The notes beneath the pieces are model-generated. The model worked only from the letters and a program-made list of their open reading frames with translations. It did no database searches and was not told the DNA's origin. This document shows, one piece after another, positions 1-9,473 of a DNA stretch of 49,523 bases. Positions within the stretch are counted from its first letter, which is position 1. Each line of letters starts with the position of its first letter. Made by a program: the position numbers and the translations under genes. Origin of the DNA: Myxococcales bacterium. GTDB lineage: Bacteria; Myxococcota_A; Bradymonadia; UBA7976; UBA1532. The stretch is from contig CANLBD010000002.1 of the NCBI GenBank assembly GCA_947488215.1, forward strand, positions 1 to 49,523, given 5' to 3'.

Positions 1-210
1 CCCGAGGCCGCCTGAGGTGATGCACAGCTCGGCCCGCGCGGCGATGTCTCTGAAGGCCTCTGCCACGTCTTCGAGGCGGTCGCGCACGGTCACGCGGCGG
101 GCCACGCGGAGGCCAAATGGGTCGAGCGCGCGACCTACGCGCGCCGCGTTGCCATCGACGGTGAGCCCATCGAGCAGTTCGTCACCGATCGTCAGCAGTT
201 CGATGTGCAT
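1..210 (-). CDS. cinA: CinA-like competence/damage-inducible protein, N-terminal part (runs off the left edge)
   Basis: Not in the ORF track. Manual translation from the ATG at 210 gives MHIELLTIGDELLDGLTVDGNAARVGRAL...ELCITSGGLG, matching the CinA/molybdopterin-binding motifs IGDELL.G...D.N and TSGGLG. An alternative in-frame ATG lies at 222. Confidence 0.8.
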   Translation of the reverse strand, partial: MHIELLTIGDELLDGLTVDGNAARVGRALDPFGLRVARRVTVRDRLEDVAEAFRDIAARAELCITSGGLG

Positions 211-371
211 GGGTGGGCTCATTCCCGGGGGCTCGTCACTTACTGAAACACCTGAACATCTGTCAAGCGGCGTCGCGGCGTTGCTCAAAATGGCACGGCT
301 CCCTACCATCGGGCCGCGTCGGCGGACAAGGCCCGGGTCAGGGCAGCGCGCGCCGTCGACAGGGGGGCACC

Positions 372-2738
372 ATGGAGTTTCCGCAGCCGTTCGGGAAGTA
401 CACGCTCGTTCGCCCGCTCGCCTCGGGGGGAATGGCCGAGCTCTTCTTGGCCCATCAGGCCGGGGCGGGGGGGGTCGAGAAAGAGGTCGTCGTCAAGCGA
501 TTGCTCGCGAGCCACGCGGAGAACGTGGACTTCGTGAAGATGTTTCTCGACGAGGCCCGCATCGCGGCGCGCCTGACGCACCCGAACATCGCGCAGATCT
601 TCGAGCTGGGCGAATACGATGGGCAACACTACATCGCGATGGAGTATGTCCCCGGCGTCGACCTGCGGCGGATGTGCTCGCAGGGCATCGCCGCAGGAGA
701 CTTCCTGCCCCTGCAGCACGCGCTGCGGGTCATCGTCGACGTCTGTGACGCTCTCGCGTACGCACACGGGCGCTCGGACGCCGACGGCGCGCCCCTGAGG
801 ATTGTTCATCGAGACATCTCGCCCACGAACGTGCTGGTCACGCTCGAGGGGGGAGTCAAGCTCGTCGACTTTGGCATCGCGAAGGCCAGCAACAACCTCG
901 CCGTCACCCGGACAGGCCAGATCAAGGGCAAGTTCGGCTACATGTCGCCGGAGCAGGTCGCGGGCGGCGTCGTGGACGCGCGCTCCGATGTCTTCGCCGT
1001 GGGCATCAACTTGTACGAGCTCACGCTCGGCCGCCGCCTCTTTCGGGGCGAGTCAGAGGTTGAAACCCTCAACGACATCGAGAACGCGCGGGTCCCGCGG
1101 CCGACCTCGATCAGCCCCGACTATCCGGCCGGCCTCGAGCGCGTCGTGATGAAGGCGCTCGCGCGTTCGCCCGATGACCGCTACCCGTCCGCACGTGCGC
1201 TTCAGGCCGACCTCGAAGAGGTCATGGCGCAGTTGGGTCCGCGGTCGACGCGCGCGACGCTCGCGCTCTATGTGCAGAGCCTGTTCCCCTCGGGCGTTCT
1301 CCCTGACCTGCGACCTGCGCCCCGCGCGGCGACCGGTGGAGGCGTGGGGGTCTCGCTGACGCCGAACCTCACGATGGAGCCCTCAATCGACGAGCTGATC
1401 GCGGTCGAGGCCTCGGGCATCGCGCCCAGGCCCGCGGCGCCGCGCGCGCGACCGCCCGCGCTCCCCAGCGACTTCACGCCGTTCTCTCTGATGCCGAGCG
1501 ATGTCCAAGCGACCCGCGGGATTCCGGCGCAGAGCTCGTCAGTCTTGCTGCGGCCGGCGCCCCCAGACGCACCCCTCAAGGTGAGCGAGGTCGACGAGGC
1601 GGAGATCATCGTTCGGCGTCCGTCCCGGTATCGGAACCTGGCCCTGATCGGTCTGCTCTTGGTCGCGGCGGTCTTCGGCCTGCGCGCGCTGTTCTCCGAC
1701 GAGGCGAGCGATCCCAAGGCGCGCCTCGACTCGCCCGTCTCGCTGGCGCGCTCGCTCCCGACCGCGCCACCCACCGCGCCGCTCGCGGTCATCACCGCGC
1801 CGCCGACTGAGGCGCCGCGCCTCGCAATCCTGCGCCTTGAAACCACGCCGCCCGGGGCCCGCATCGTCGTCAACGGCAACATCCTGAACGCAACGACGCC
1901 CGCCTCTCTTCAGACGCTCGCGGGTGCGCCCTCGACTGTGCGATTCCTGCTGGCCGGCTACAAGCCGTTCGAGACGCGGGTCACGCCGACCACCGACGGC
2001 ACCGATGTGCGTGTATCGCTTGAGCGTGGCAAGCCCGAGACGGCGGGTCTGCGAATCGAGTCGTCGCCGCCGGGGGCGACGCTCTCGATGAACGGGGTGC
2101 CCGTCGGCGCCACGCCTGTGCATCTTGAGAAGGTCGCCGCCGGCGTCGGCCTGACGCTGCGACTCGAGAAGCCGGGCTACGCGCCGCACGTCGTCCTCTT
2201 CTCTCTCGTAGCAGGAGAGTCGCGAGAGATCGCGCTCGCGCTGCAGGCCGAGAGCGGGCCGCGGACGTCGTCCGTGCTGAACATCGAGTCGATCCCGCTC
2301 GGCGCCGACGTGCGCGACGTCCTCGTCGACGGCGGTAAGGCCTCGCTCGGAAAGACCGGGGCGGACCCCGTCAAGTACACCCGCCCGGTCGACGGCCACG
2401 CGCGATTGCGCGCCTCGCTGCCCGGCTACCCGGACGTCGAGGCGGACGTTGACCTGAAGCAGCCCTCCTACACGCTGTACCTGCGCTTCCCGCCAAAGAA
2501 GGCGGCCTTTGGGCAGCTCTCGGTCGGCGGTGTCGCCGGCCTGACGGTCTACGTCGGCCCCGACGAGGTCGGCGTCACGCCGCTCAAGGCGCTCAAGCTC
2601 GAGGCGGGCGAACACGACGTCGTGCTCATGGAGCCGGCGACGGGGGCCCGCGTCGAGGCGAAGGTGCGCGTCGACGCGGACAAGGTGGTCACGCGCACCG
2701 CAGTGCGCGAGGGGCCGGCGACGCTGCGGCTGCAGTAG
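372..2738 (+). CDS. Membrane-anchored Ser/Thr protein kinase with C-terminal PEGA-like repeats
   Basis: Motifs LASGGMAELF, VVVKR, HRDISPTN, DFGIAK and GKFGYMSPEQ; TM segment LALIGLLLVAAVFGL; repeated (E/S)xPPGA...G.TP PEGA-type units. Start placed at ATG 372 (MEFPQPFGKY) after AGGGGG. Confidence 0.92.
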   Translation: MEFPQPFGKYTLVRPLASGGMAELFLAHQAGAGGVEKEVVVKRLLASHAENVDFVKMFLDEARIAARLTHPNIAQIFELGEYDGQHYIAMEYVPGVDLRRMCSQGIAAGDFLPLQHALRVIVDVCDALAYAHGRSDADGAPLRIVHRDISPTNVLVTLEGGVKLVDFGIAKASNNLAVTRTGQIKGKFGYMSPEQVAGGVVDARSDVFAVGINLYELTLGRRLFRGESEVETLNDIENARVPRPTSISPDYPAGLERVVMKALARSPDDRYPSARALQADLEEVMAQLGPRSTRATLALYVQSLFPSGVLPDLRPAPRAATGGGVGVSLTPNLTMEPSIDELIAVEASGIAPRPAAPRARPPALPSDFTPFSLMPSDVQATRGIPAQSSSVLLRPAPPDAPLKVSEVDEAEIIVRRPSRYRNLALIGLLLVAAVFGLRALFSDEASDPKARLDSPVSLARSLPTAPPTAPLAVITAPPTEAPRLAILRLETTPPGARIVVNGNILNATTPASLQTLAGAPSTVRFLLAGYKPFETRVTPTTDGTDVRVSLERGKPETAGLRIESSPPGATLSMNGVPVGATPVHLEKVAAGVGLTLRLEKPGYAPHVVLFSLVAGESREIALALQAESGPRTSSVLNIESIPLGADVRDVLVDGGKASLGKTGADPVKYTRPVDGHARLRASLPGYPDVEADVDLKQPSYTLYLRFPPKKAAFGQLSVGGVAGLTVYVGPDEVGVTPLKALKLEAGEHDVVLMEPATGARVEAKVRVDADKVVTRTAVREGPATLRLQ

Positions 2739-2758
2739 CCCGCGTCAGCGGCGGCCGG

Positions 2759-4156
2759 TCACTCGACGATCACGAACTCGACGCGGCGGTTGGCTTCCTT
2801 GCCCTCGTCCGTCGCGTTGTCCGCGATGGGCTTATCGGGGCCGAAGCCGACGGCCTCGAGGCGGGCGTCCTCGACGCCCTTCGACACCAGGTACTTCTTC
2901 ACCGCGTCCGCGCGCTTCTGCGAGAGCTGGGTGTTCTTCTTGGCCTTGCCGACGTTGTCGGTGTGGCCCTCGACGCGGACCTTCTTGATGCGCGGCGTCG
3001 CGACCAGCACGGCCGAGACCTGGTCGAGCAGGGCGAAGCTCTTGGCGTCGATGGCGTCCTTGCCGGTCTTGAAGAAGACCTTCTCGAGGATCTCGATCTT
3101 GGCCTCGGTCAGCTTGACCTTGCCCTCGTCGGGGCAGCCGTCGGTGTCGTCGACGCTGTTGATGATCTCCGCCTGGTCAGGGCACTTGTCCGTCGCGTCG
3201 AGGATGCCGTCCCGGTCGTTGTCCTTGTCGGGGCAGCCGTCCGTGTCCTCGAAGTTGTCCTTGTCCTCGGCGTCGGCGGGGCACTTGTCGGCGGCGTCGG
3301 CGATGCCGTCGGCGTCGTTGTCCTCGGGGCAGCCATCTTCGTCCTGGAAGCCGTCCTTGTCCTCGGCCTCGTTGATGCACTTGTCGACGTCGTTCTTGAT
3401 GCCGTCGCCGTCGTCATCGAGGTCGGGGCAACCGTCGTCGTCGCGGTCGCCGTCCTTGTCCTCGGCCTCGTTGATGCACTTATCAGCCTGGTCGAGGACG
3501 CCGTCGGCGTCGTTGTCCGTCTCGGGGCAGCCGTCCTCGTCCTTGAACTGGTCCTTGTCCTCGGCCTGCGTGACGCACTGGTCACCGCGGTTCGGGATGC
3601 CGTCCCCGTCGATGTCGTAGTTGCCGCCGAGCTGCAGGTCGAGGCCGACCGTGGCCGCGAAGTGAGCGTACTCATCGGTCGCGGGCGCGTCCGGGCTGAA
3701 CCAGCCGCGGAAGTCGAGGCGCACGCCCACGAGGTCCGTGATGAAGTACTTCGCGCCGACCCCGATGTTGTGTGCGAACTCGAGGTCATCGACCTTCACA
3801 AAGCCGGCGCCCGCCGTCAGGTAGGGCACGAGCGGGCCGTCCGCGAGGTGGACGAGGGCGTTCAGGCCGAACTGGTGCGCGGTCTTGTCCTCTTCGGACT
3901 TCGCGGCGCCGGTCTGCGGGTTGGCGCGCGTCGTGAGCTGCGTGAGCACGAGGGTGTAGTTCGCCTCGACGCCGAAGACGCGGTTCACGTTGAAGCCGAC
4001 GCCGCCGCCGAAGGTGGGGCCGTTGTCGAGGACGCCGTCGCCCTCCCAGAGACCACCGTTCAGGTGGAGTTCGACGCTCGAGGGTCGAACTTGAGCGAAC
4101 GCGGGCTGCGCCGCGCCCAAGACCAAAAGGGCTGCGAGTGGGGTCTTGCGAATCAC
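2759..4156 (-). CDS. Outer-membrane protein: N-terminal beta-barrel, thrombospondin type-3 (Ca-binding) repeats, C-terminal OmpA peptidoglycan-binding domain
   Basis: Signal peptide IRKTPLAALLVLGAAQPAFA; amphipathic strands (PYLTAGAG, VGVRLDFR); five DxDxDG..D..DxC...AEDKD..xDxDGCP repeats; EGHTD...LSQKRA...NRRVEF. GTG start is uncertain (4156 or 4165). Confidence 0.9.
   Translation of the reverse strand: MIRKTPLAALLVLGAAQPAFAQVRPSSVELHLNGGLWEGDGVLDNGPTFGGGVGFNVNRVFGVEANYTLVLTQLTTRANPQTGAAKSEEDKTAHQFGLNALVHLADGPLVPYLTAGAGFVKVDDLEFAHNIGVGAKYFITDLVGVRLDFRGWFSPDAPATDEYAHFAATVGLDLQLGGNYDIDGDGIPNRGDQCVTQAEDKDQFKDEDGCPETDNDADGVLDQADKCINEAEDKDGDRDDDGCPDLDDDGDGIKNDVDKCINEAEDKDGFQDEDGCPEDNDADGIADAADKCPADAEDKDNFEDTDGCPDKDNDRDGILDATDKCPDQAEIINSVDDTDGCPDEGKVKLTEAKIEILEKVFFKTGKDAIDAKSFALLDQVSAVLVATPRIKKVRVEGHTDNVGKAKKNTQLSQKRADAVKKYLVSKGVEDARLEAVGFGPDKPIADNATDEGKEANRRVEFVIVE
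3132..3620 (-). repeat. Coding tandem TSP3 repeats (about 99-bp period)
   Basis: Exact 33-bp direct repeat gccgtccttgtcctcggcctcgttgatgcactt at 3350-3382 and 3449-3481; protein repeat of about 33 aa. Confidence 0.85.
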
Positions 4157-4297
4157 GTGACTCACTTTCTCTTGAACGACCGTGAAGAAGGTTCGGGTAA
4201 GGGTCGACCGCACGGGCGCCCGACCTTGGCACGCTGCGACCTGCTAACAATGGCCATTCGGGGTGTCAAGGGCAGCGCGGCGCGAAGGGCGGCGGCG

Positions 4298-4326
4298 TTG
4301 ACACATGGGGTCCGCGCTCCTACGGT
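4298..4326 (+). promoter_or_regulatory. Putative sigma70 promoter for the lipoprotein pair
   Basis: TTGACA (4298-4303), 17-nt spacer, TACGGT (4321-4326), about 30 nt upstream of ATG 4355. Confidence 0.6.
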
Positions 4327-4354
4327 CTGAGGAGTCTCTCGCCCCGAGGTCTTG

Positions 4355-5692
4355 ATGCGATGCACCTTCCCGCGCGGCGGCCACGCCGCCCTCGCGCTGG
4401 CTCTGGTCTTGGGCTTCGGCGGTTGCGCGCCCCAAGCGCCTGAGCCCACGCTGCCCGCGCCTCCGACGCAAGCCTCGACTGTGCAAGTCACGTTGCAAAG
4501 CGCGCCCCTCGCGGGTCTCGACGTCCCGCACGGCGTCGTCGCGTTCGGCGGCACCGGTGGGGTGCGCGCGTTGCTTGAGGCGGTGGCCCGCCTCGAAGGG
4601 CAAGGGGCGACGACCGGCGCGCAGCGCACGACGGCGCTCGACGCCCAACTCCAAGCTGCGCTCGGACTCGGCCGCGCCGACCTCTTTGACTGGACGCGCC
4701 CCGCCCGGTTGGTTGCCGTCGACATCCCCGCTGCCGACGCGGTGGGCGGCGCGACTGTCGGCCTGGCGTTGGTGCTGGGCGTGCGAGACGCCGAGGCCTT
4801 TACGGCCGCGCTGCCGTCCGACCGCAGCACGCGTGAAGGGGGGAACGCACTGGCGTGGACGCCGCGCCCCGGCGCGCCTCTGCGGCTCTTCGCGAACTTC
4901 CTGAGAGGGCGCGTGGTCCTCACCACCCATCCCGGTCTTTTCGGTCGCTACGGCGAGTTCGTTGACCGCGTCCTCGAGGCCCAAGTGCGCGTCGGCTTCG
5001 AGGCGATTTTGCCGATCGCGCGGGAGAGCGACGGCGCCGCGCTCATCGAGACCGCCCGCGCGCTGCACCTCGACGAGCGATGGGCGCTTGGGCTCGTTGC
5101 GCTCACTCGGCCGGCGCTGCCGGATGTCGAGTCGCTCTCGCTTCGGCTCGACCCCCGCGACAATGACCTCAACGTGCGCGTGGCCTGGGCGCCGCGGCCG
5201 GGTGGCCCGCTCCCGAGCGCGTGGGCTGCGGCCCTGCCCGCGACGCGGATGCGCGTCCACCCGCCCGCAGCGGGCGGGGGAGACACCCTGTGGACGGTCG
5301 CTGGGCCCCGGCAACTCCAAGTCGCGCGCGCAGCGCTCGGCGCGAGCGCCGGGCCCGCATCGGCGCTCGGTGACCTCGTGCGTTCGACGCACACCGCCAT
5401 GGCAGACGCCCTCGCTGCTGCGGCTCAGGGGAGCCCGCGCGAGGGCGAGCGCGTCCTGATACGTGAGCGCGCTCCAAGCGCGGGGTGGCGGGAGCACACG
5501 CAGTCCGCGTCGCCCACACACCCTGCACCCGCCGACACGGCGCTTGCCGCGTTCGGTGGCCCGGGTGCGCTCGGCGTGGCGCGACTCTCGGCGGCGAACG
5601 CAGCGGTCACGCTCGCGGTCACTGTGGATGCGGGACAGCTCGTCTTGAGCGCGCGTGTTGCGCCGAACGATCCAGAGCGCGCACCGCGGTGA
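4355..5692 (+). CDS. Hypothetical lipoprotein
   Basis: Hydrophobic signal ending LVLGFGG-C; GTGA overlap with the next gene. Confidence 0.65.
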   Translation: MRCTFPRGGHAALALALVLGFGGCAPQAPEPTLPAPPTQASTVQVTLQSAPLAGLDVPHGVVAFGGTGGVRALLEAVARLEGQGATTGAQRTTALDAQLQAALGLGRADLFDWTRPARLVAVDIPAADAVGGATVGLALVLGVRDAEAFTAALPSDRSTREGGNALAWTPRPGAPLRLFANFLRGRVVLTTHPGLFGRYGEFVDRVLEAQVRVGFEAILPIARESDGAALIETARALHLDERWALGLVALTRPALPDVESLSLRLDPRDNDLNVRVAWAPRPGGPLPSAWAAALPATRMRVHPPAAGGGDTLWTVAGPRQLQVARAALGASAGPASALGDLVRSTHTAMADALAAAAQGSPREGERVLIRERAPSAGWREHTQSASPTHPAPADTALAAFGGPGALGVARLSAANAAVTLAVTVDAGQLVLSARVAPNDPERAPR

Positions 5693-7221
5693 GACGCGCG
5701 GCGCGGCTCTCGCTCTTCGTCGCGCTCGCGCTCAGCGGCTGTGGCGCGGTCGGCCCGACGAGGACCTCAGGGGGCTTGTCGGCGTCCGACCCGCTCCCGG
5801 CCGACGTGCTCATCTTCGCGGGTGTGCGCGACCTGGGGCGGGTCCTGGACGACGCGACCGCGCTCGTGCGCGCGTCCCGCCCCATCGCGGACCTCGCGGC
5901 CGTGGCTCAACTCGCGGCCACGGCAGTGGAGCCGAGCTTCGACTTGCGCGCACCCGCGCGCTTCGCTTTGCTGGGACCGCAGGCGGGCACGCGCGCCTGG
6001 GTCGTCGTCGCGCGGACACGGCCCGATCGGCCGCCGCCGCCCATGGACTTCGAGCGGCGCGCTCTCGGGCAGCGCGCGGTGTGGGTCGCGCGGGGCGGCA
6101 CCGGTGAGGTCGTTCTCACGAACGCTCCAGATTGGGTCACCGCGCACCCGAGCACCCTCGCCGCGGTCGCGCGGGTGCAATGGTCTCTGGACGCCGAGGT
6201 GCGCGTCTCTGGTCGCTTCGCGCGCTGGTGGGTGCGCGGCGCAGAGACCCCGAGCGCCTCGCGCCTCACCTCGATGCGTTGCCCCGGAGGCGCGTGTGAC
6301 GACGAAGGCGAAGGCCTCGCGACCCTGTCCTTGATGCGGGGCGCAGCCAGCGCAGTCCTCGAGCAGGCCGAGAGCGTCGGCTTGGGGCTGTCCCTCGGTC
6401 AGGAGCCCGTGGTGGTCGAGGGCCGCGTCTATGCCTCGGCAGGCACGCCCCTTGATGCTGTGACGCGGGGCGTCTTCACGCTGCCGCTCGACCGGTTGCG
6501 CGAAGTCCCTGTGGGCGCTCAGGCGGCGCTCGTGACCGACCTCTCAGGGCCTGCGTGGTCGCCCGCGCGCGAGGCGGCCGCCGCGCTCTTCGGGAGCCGG
6601 GCGCCGGGTCAGGGGGGCGCACCCGCCTGGGCAGCGTTCGGGCGGAGTTTGCTCGGCCGTGTATCCCTCGCGCTGCTCGCCACACCCGGGGGGGAGGAGC
6701 CGACCCTCTTGATGACCCATCGGCTTGAGACTCAGGCGGACGCGCTGCGTCTCTTCGAGGCGCTCGGTGAGGGCGCGTTGCCCCCGATCGAGCGACGATT
6801 GGGCGCGCACGACGTTCGTCGCATGGTGGGCGCTGATGGCGCGGGCGTCACGGAGATGGTCCACGCGGGTGAACGGGCCTACGTCGCGATGGGCGGCTGG
6901 GCGAGCGGCGTGCTCGACGCGGTCCTGGGCGGCTACTGGACGGATGCTGGGGCCTCGACTCGCGTTCGTGAGGCTTTCGAGGCGAGACCCGCTGGGACGT
7001 TCGCCTTCGGCTACTTGGACCTGCCGTCCATCGTCGGGGACGCGCTCGATGCGCCGGCGCCCACGAGCGAGGCGATGGCAGCGCCGTGTGTCTTCACCGT
7101 GCGGACCGAGGCATCGTCCGGACACGGCGGCGCGCTGACTCTCCGCGCCGCTGTCCCGAGAGCACAAGTCCAGCGTGCGCTGGTCAGGGACATCCCGCTC
7201 GAGGCCCCGCTCGACCTCTGA
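5689..7221 (+). CDS. Hypothetical lipoprotein, probable paralogue of the upstream gene
   Basis: GTG 5689 overlaps the upstream TGA; VRRAARLSLFVALALSG-C is a canonical lipobox. Confidence 0.7.
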   Translation: MRRAARLSLFVALALSGCGAVGPTRTSGGLSASDPLPADVLIFAGVRDLGRVLDDATALVRASRPIADLAAVAQLAATAVEPSFDLRAPARFALLGPQAGTRAWVVVARTRPDRPPPPMDFERRALGQRAVWVARGGTGEVVLTNAPDWVTAHPSTLAAVARVQWSLDAEVRVSGRFARWWVRGAETPSASRLTSMRCPGGACDDEGEGLATLSLMRGAASAVLEQAESVGLGLSLGQEPVVVEGRVYASAGTPLDAVTRGVFTLPLDRLREVPVGAQAALVTDLSGPAWSPAREAAAALFGSRAPGQGGAPAWAAFGRSLLGRVSLALLATPGGEEPTLLMTHRLETQADALRLFEALGEGALPPIERRLGAHDVRRMVGADGAGVTEMVHAGERAYVAMGGWASGVLDAVLGGYWTDAGASTRVREAFEARPAGTFAFGYLDLPSIVGDALDAPAPTSEAMAAPCVFTVRTEASSGHGGALTLRAAVPRAQVQRALVRDIPLEAPLDL

Positions 7222-7232
7222 GCGCGCAGGCG

Positions 7233-9389
7233 CTAGGGCTTCGTCGGTGGCCAGGTGGTCGGCGCAGGCGCGAAGCGCAGGTCGAGGGGGCGCGCCGCTG
7301 ACCACTGCTCGGTCGGCAGGTGCCCCCGGGTGTGGAGCAGGTCGAGCAGACGCTGCATCCAGGTTCTGTAGTACTCCTTGGTCTCGCCCGCCTCGAACTG
7401 CGCGTAGTGGCGTCTCGGGCCGGGCAGCAGCCTCACGAGCCACGCGACCTCGACCGGCGTGAGCTCGGCAGGGCGCTTATCAAAATAGTGCCGCGCCGCG
7501 TCGCCAATACCGAACAGGTGCGGGCCGAACTCGACCACATTGAGGTACAGCGTGATGAGCTCGTCCTTCGAGAAGGTCTGCTCCATCAGCCACGCCACGA
7601 TGACCTCCTCGAGCTTTCGGGAGAGCGTCTTGTGCCGATTCAAGAAGACGTTGCGCGCGAGCTGCATCGTCAGGGTCGAGCCGCCGCGCGCGAACCGGCC
7701 CCGCTCAAGGTTCGTGGCCAGCGAGCCTCGCAGGTGCAGCAGGCTGACGCCTTTATGGTTCCAGAAGCCGCCGTCTTCTTGCGTGACCACCGCGACCGGC
7801 AGGAGCGGCACAATCTGGTCGAGCGGTGTCCAACGTTCGCTGTTCGGGCCCGTTTCGCGCCGAATGACTTCGCCGTTGGGCATCTCGAATCGGGTCACGA
7901 AGCGGTCGCGGAGCCGATCGAAGTCGATGGCTGAGTTCATGCGCGTGACCTTCAGGTCGTCTAGGCGCGCCGAAACGTCAAAGACCGTATCGTCGGGTCG
8001 CTCGACATCGAGGGCGATGCGCGCCGATAAAGAGGCCGTCCCGATGGCCCGCAGCGGCTGTAGGTGCGGCAGCAGACCGGGGGGGAAGGCAGAGACGAGC
8101 TGCTCCGCAGTGACGCGGCCCGTCGCGACCTCGGCGGAGACCTTGCGGAGCTGAGGCGCGGCTTCGACGCTCGCCTTCATCAAGACCTCGGTCTGCCCGA
8201 GCCCGAGGACGACGTCTTCCAAGGTCAGCGCGTAGACCCGGCTCGGCGCAACGGGGGTCGGCACCGACCAGCCGAGCGTCGCGCGGCCACTCGCGGAGAG
8301 CGCATAAGGCCCTACGCGGTCATCCGCGATCGCGCGGTGGTCGACAACCAAGTCAACCCACCGAACGTCGCCGTCGAGCCGTATCGTGCGCGCGTCGAGA
8401 TCAACCTCGAGCGTTGCCCGCCCGGTCACGCTCCCCTCGAGCGCATCGCTCACGGGCTTGAGCGCCATATCGGCTACGGCCGCAGACAGCGACGCGCCGT
8501 GCCGCCCCGCGGTCCCTGTGGCCTCGACTCGCCCGCCGCCGGGCAAGGTCAGCGTGGCCACGAGGGGCCTCCGGCCTTGGGCGTCTGCCTCGACTTCAGT
8601 CTCTGCGTCCACCAAGAGCCCGTCAGCGAGCGGGGCTGCGAACGCGGGCAGACCATCGCCCTGCAAGCGCGCGCCACCGACGCGGACCTTGCCTTGAGGC
8701 CTGAGCCACTCGGCGCGTCGAACGCCGACCGCCACCCCCTCGGCGAGGGGGAGGGCGAGGGGACGCTCGCAGTCCACGGACGTGACCGCCATCGAGGCCT
8801 CGACGCGGCACACGCCGGTATCGGGCACCTCGCCGCGCCAGGTCACGGACCCCGCGCCGTCGGTCGACAGGTCGCCCCGGAGATCAGACACGCGAAACGC
8901 GCCCGCGGTGTCGGTCACTCGGCCGCCTTCGAACACGATGCGCCGCGTCGGGCTGGGGTCTCGAGCCTCAGGCGTGGGGTCGCGCGGACGCTCTCGGAGG
9001 GGCCGAACAGCCTCGACCACTGCGCGCCCGAAGCCTCGCAAGGACCCATCACTCGTCACGGTGAGGGACGGCGCGACGACGTGCGCTGTCCGCGGCGTGC
9101 GGGGGCCGAGCACCGCGTCCCGCAGGGTCACCTCGGCGTCGAGTGACTCGGCGGCCAGGTGCGGGCCGAGCTGCAAACCGGTCAATCGTGCGCTCAGCGC
9201 GCCGGTCACCTGAATCTCGCTGGCGCTCATCGGGAGCCCGAGGCGCTCACCCATCGCTGCGAGCCGCGCCTCGAGGGCGGCGCGCACGAGCGGCCCATGC
9301 GCGAACCCACCCGCTGCAAAGACACCGAGGCAGACCAAGGCGACTTTGAGCCCGCGGGGGAGCGGGCGGCGGCGGCTGGGAGCGCTCAT
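7233..9389 (-). CDS. Peptidoglycan transglycosylase (GT51) domain protein with a long N-terminal periplasmic region and no transpeptidase
   Basis: GT51 motifs EDGGFWNHKG, GGSTLTMQLARN, RKLEE, KDELITLYLN and GIGDAARHYFDK at the C-terminus; N-terminal TM anchor. Start 9389 or 9398. Confidence 0.85.
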   Translation of the reverse strand: MSAPSRRRPLPRGLKVALVCLGVFAAGGFAHGPLVRAALEARLAAMGERLGLPMSASEIQVTGALSARLTGLQLGPHLAAESLDAEVTLRDAVLGPRTPRTAHVVAPSLTVTSDGSLRGFGRAVVEAVRPLRERPRDPTPEARDPSPTRRIVFEGGRVTDTAGAFRVSDLRGDLSTDGAGSVTWRGEVPDTGVCRVEASMAVTSVDCERPLALPLAEGVAVGVRRAEWLRPQGKVRVGGARLQGDGLPAFAAPLADGLLVDAETEVEADAQGRRPLVATLTLPGGGRVEATGTAGRHGASLSAAVADMALKPVSDALEGSVTGRATLEVDLDARTIRLDGDVRWVDLVVDHRAIADDRVGPYALSASGRATLGWSVPTPVAPSRVYALTLEDVVLGLGQTEVLMKASVEAAPQLRKVSAEVATGRVTAEQLVSAFPPGLLPHLQPLRAIGTASLSARIALDVERPDDTVFDVSARLDDLKVTRMNSAIDFDRLRDRFVTRFEMPNGEVIRRETGPNSERWTPLDQIVPLLPVAVVTQEDGGFWNHKGVSLLHLRGSLATNLERGRFARGGSTLTMQLARNVFLNRHKTLSRKLEEVIVAWLMEQTFSKDELITLYLNVVEFGPHLFGIGDAARHYFDKRPAELTPVEVAWLVRLLPGPRRHYAQFEAGETKEYYRTWMQRLLDLLHTRGHLPTEQWSAARPLDLRFAPAPTTWPPTKP

Positions 9390-9473
9390 TGGCCGCATCG
9401 TGCCTCAGGCGCGCCGAAAAATGTGAATCGTCGACAGTTGAACCGAGCGCGTCGCGGTGGCACACGTCGCCGC

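Noticed and set aside
291-306. TGGCACG motifs at about 291 (+), 4227 (+), 9458 (+, TGGCAC), 18065 (-) and 21256 (-, TGGCAC) as sigma54 promoters
   Set aside because: None has the GC dinucleotide at the required -12 spacing.
3132-3620. Regularly spaced DNA repeats resembling repeat-spacer structure
   Set aside because: Fully explained by coding TSP3 repeats within the OmpA-family gene.
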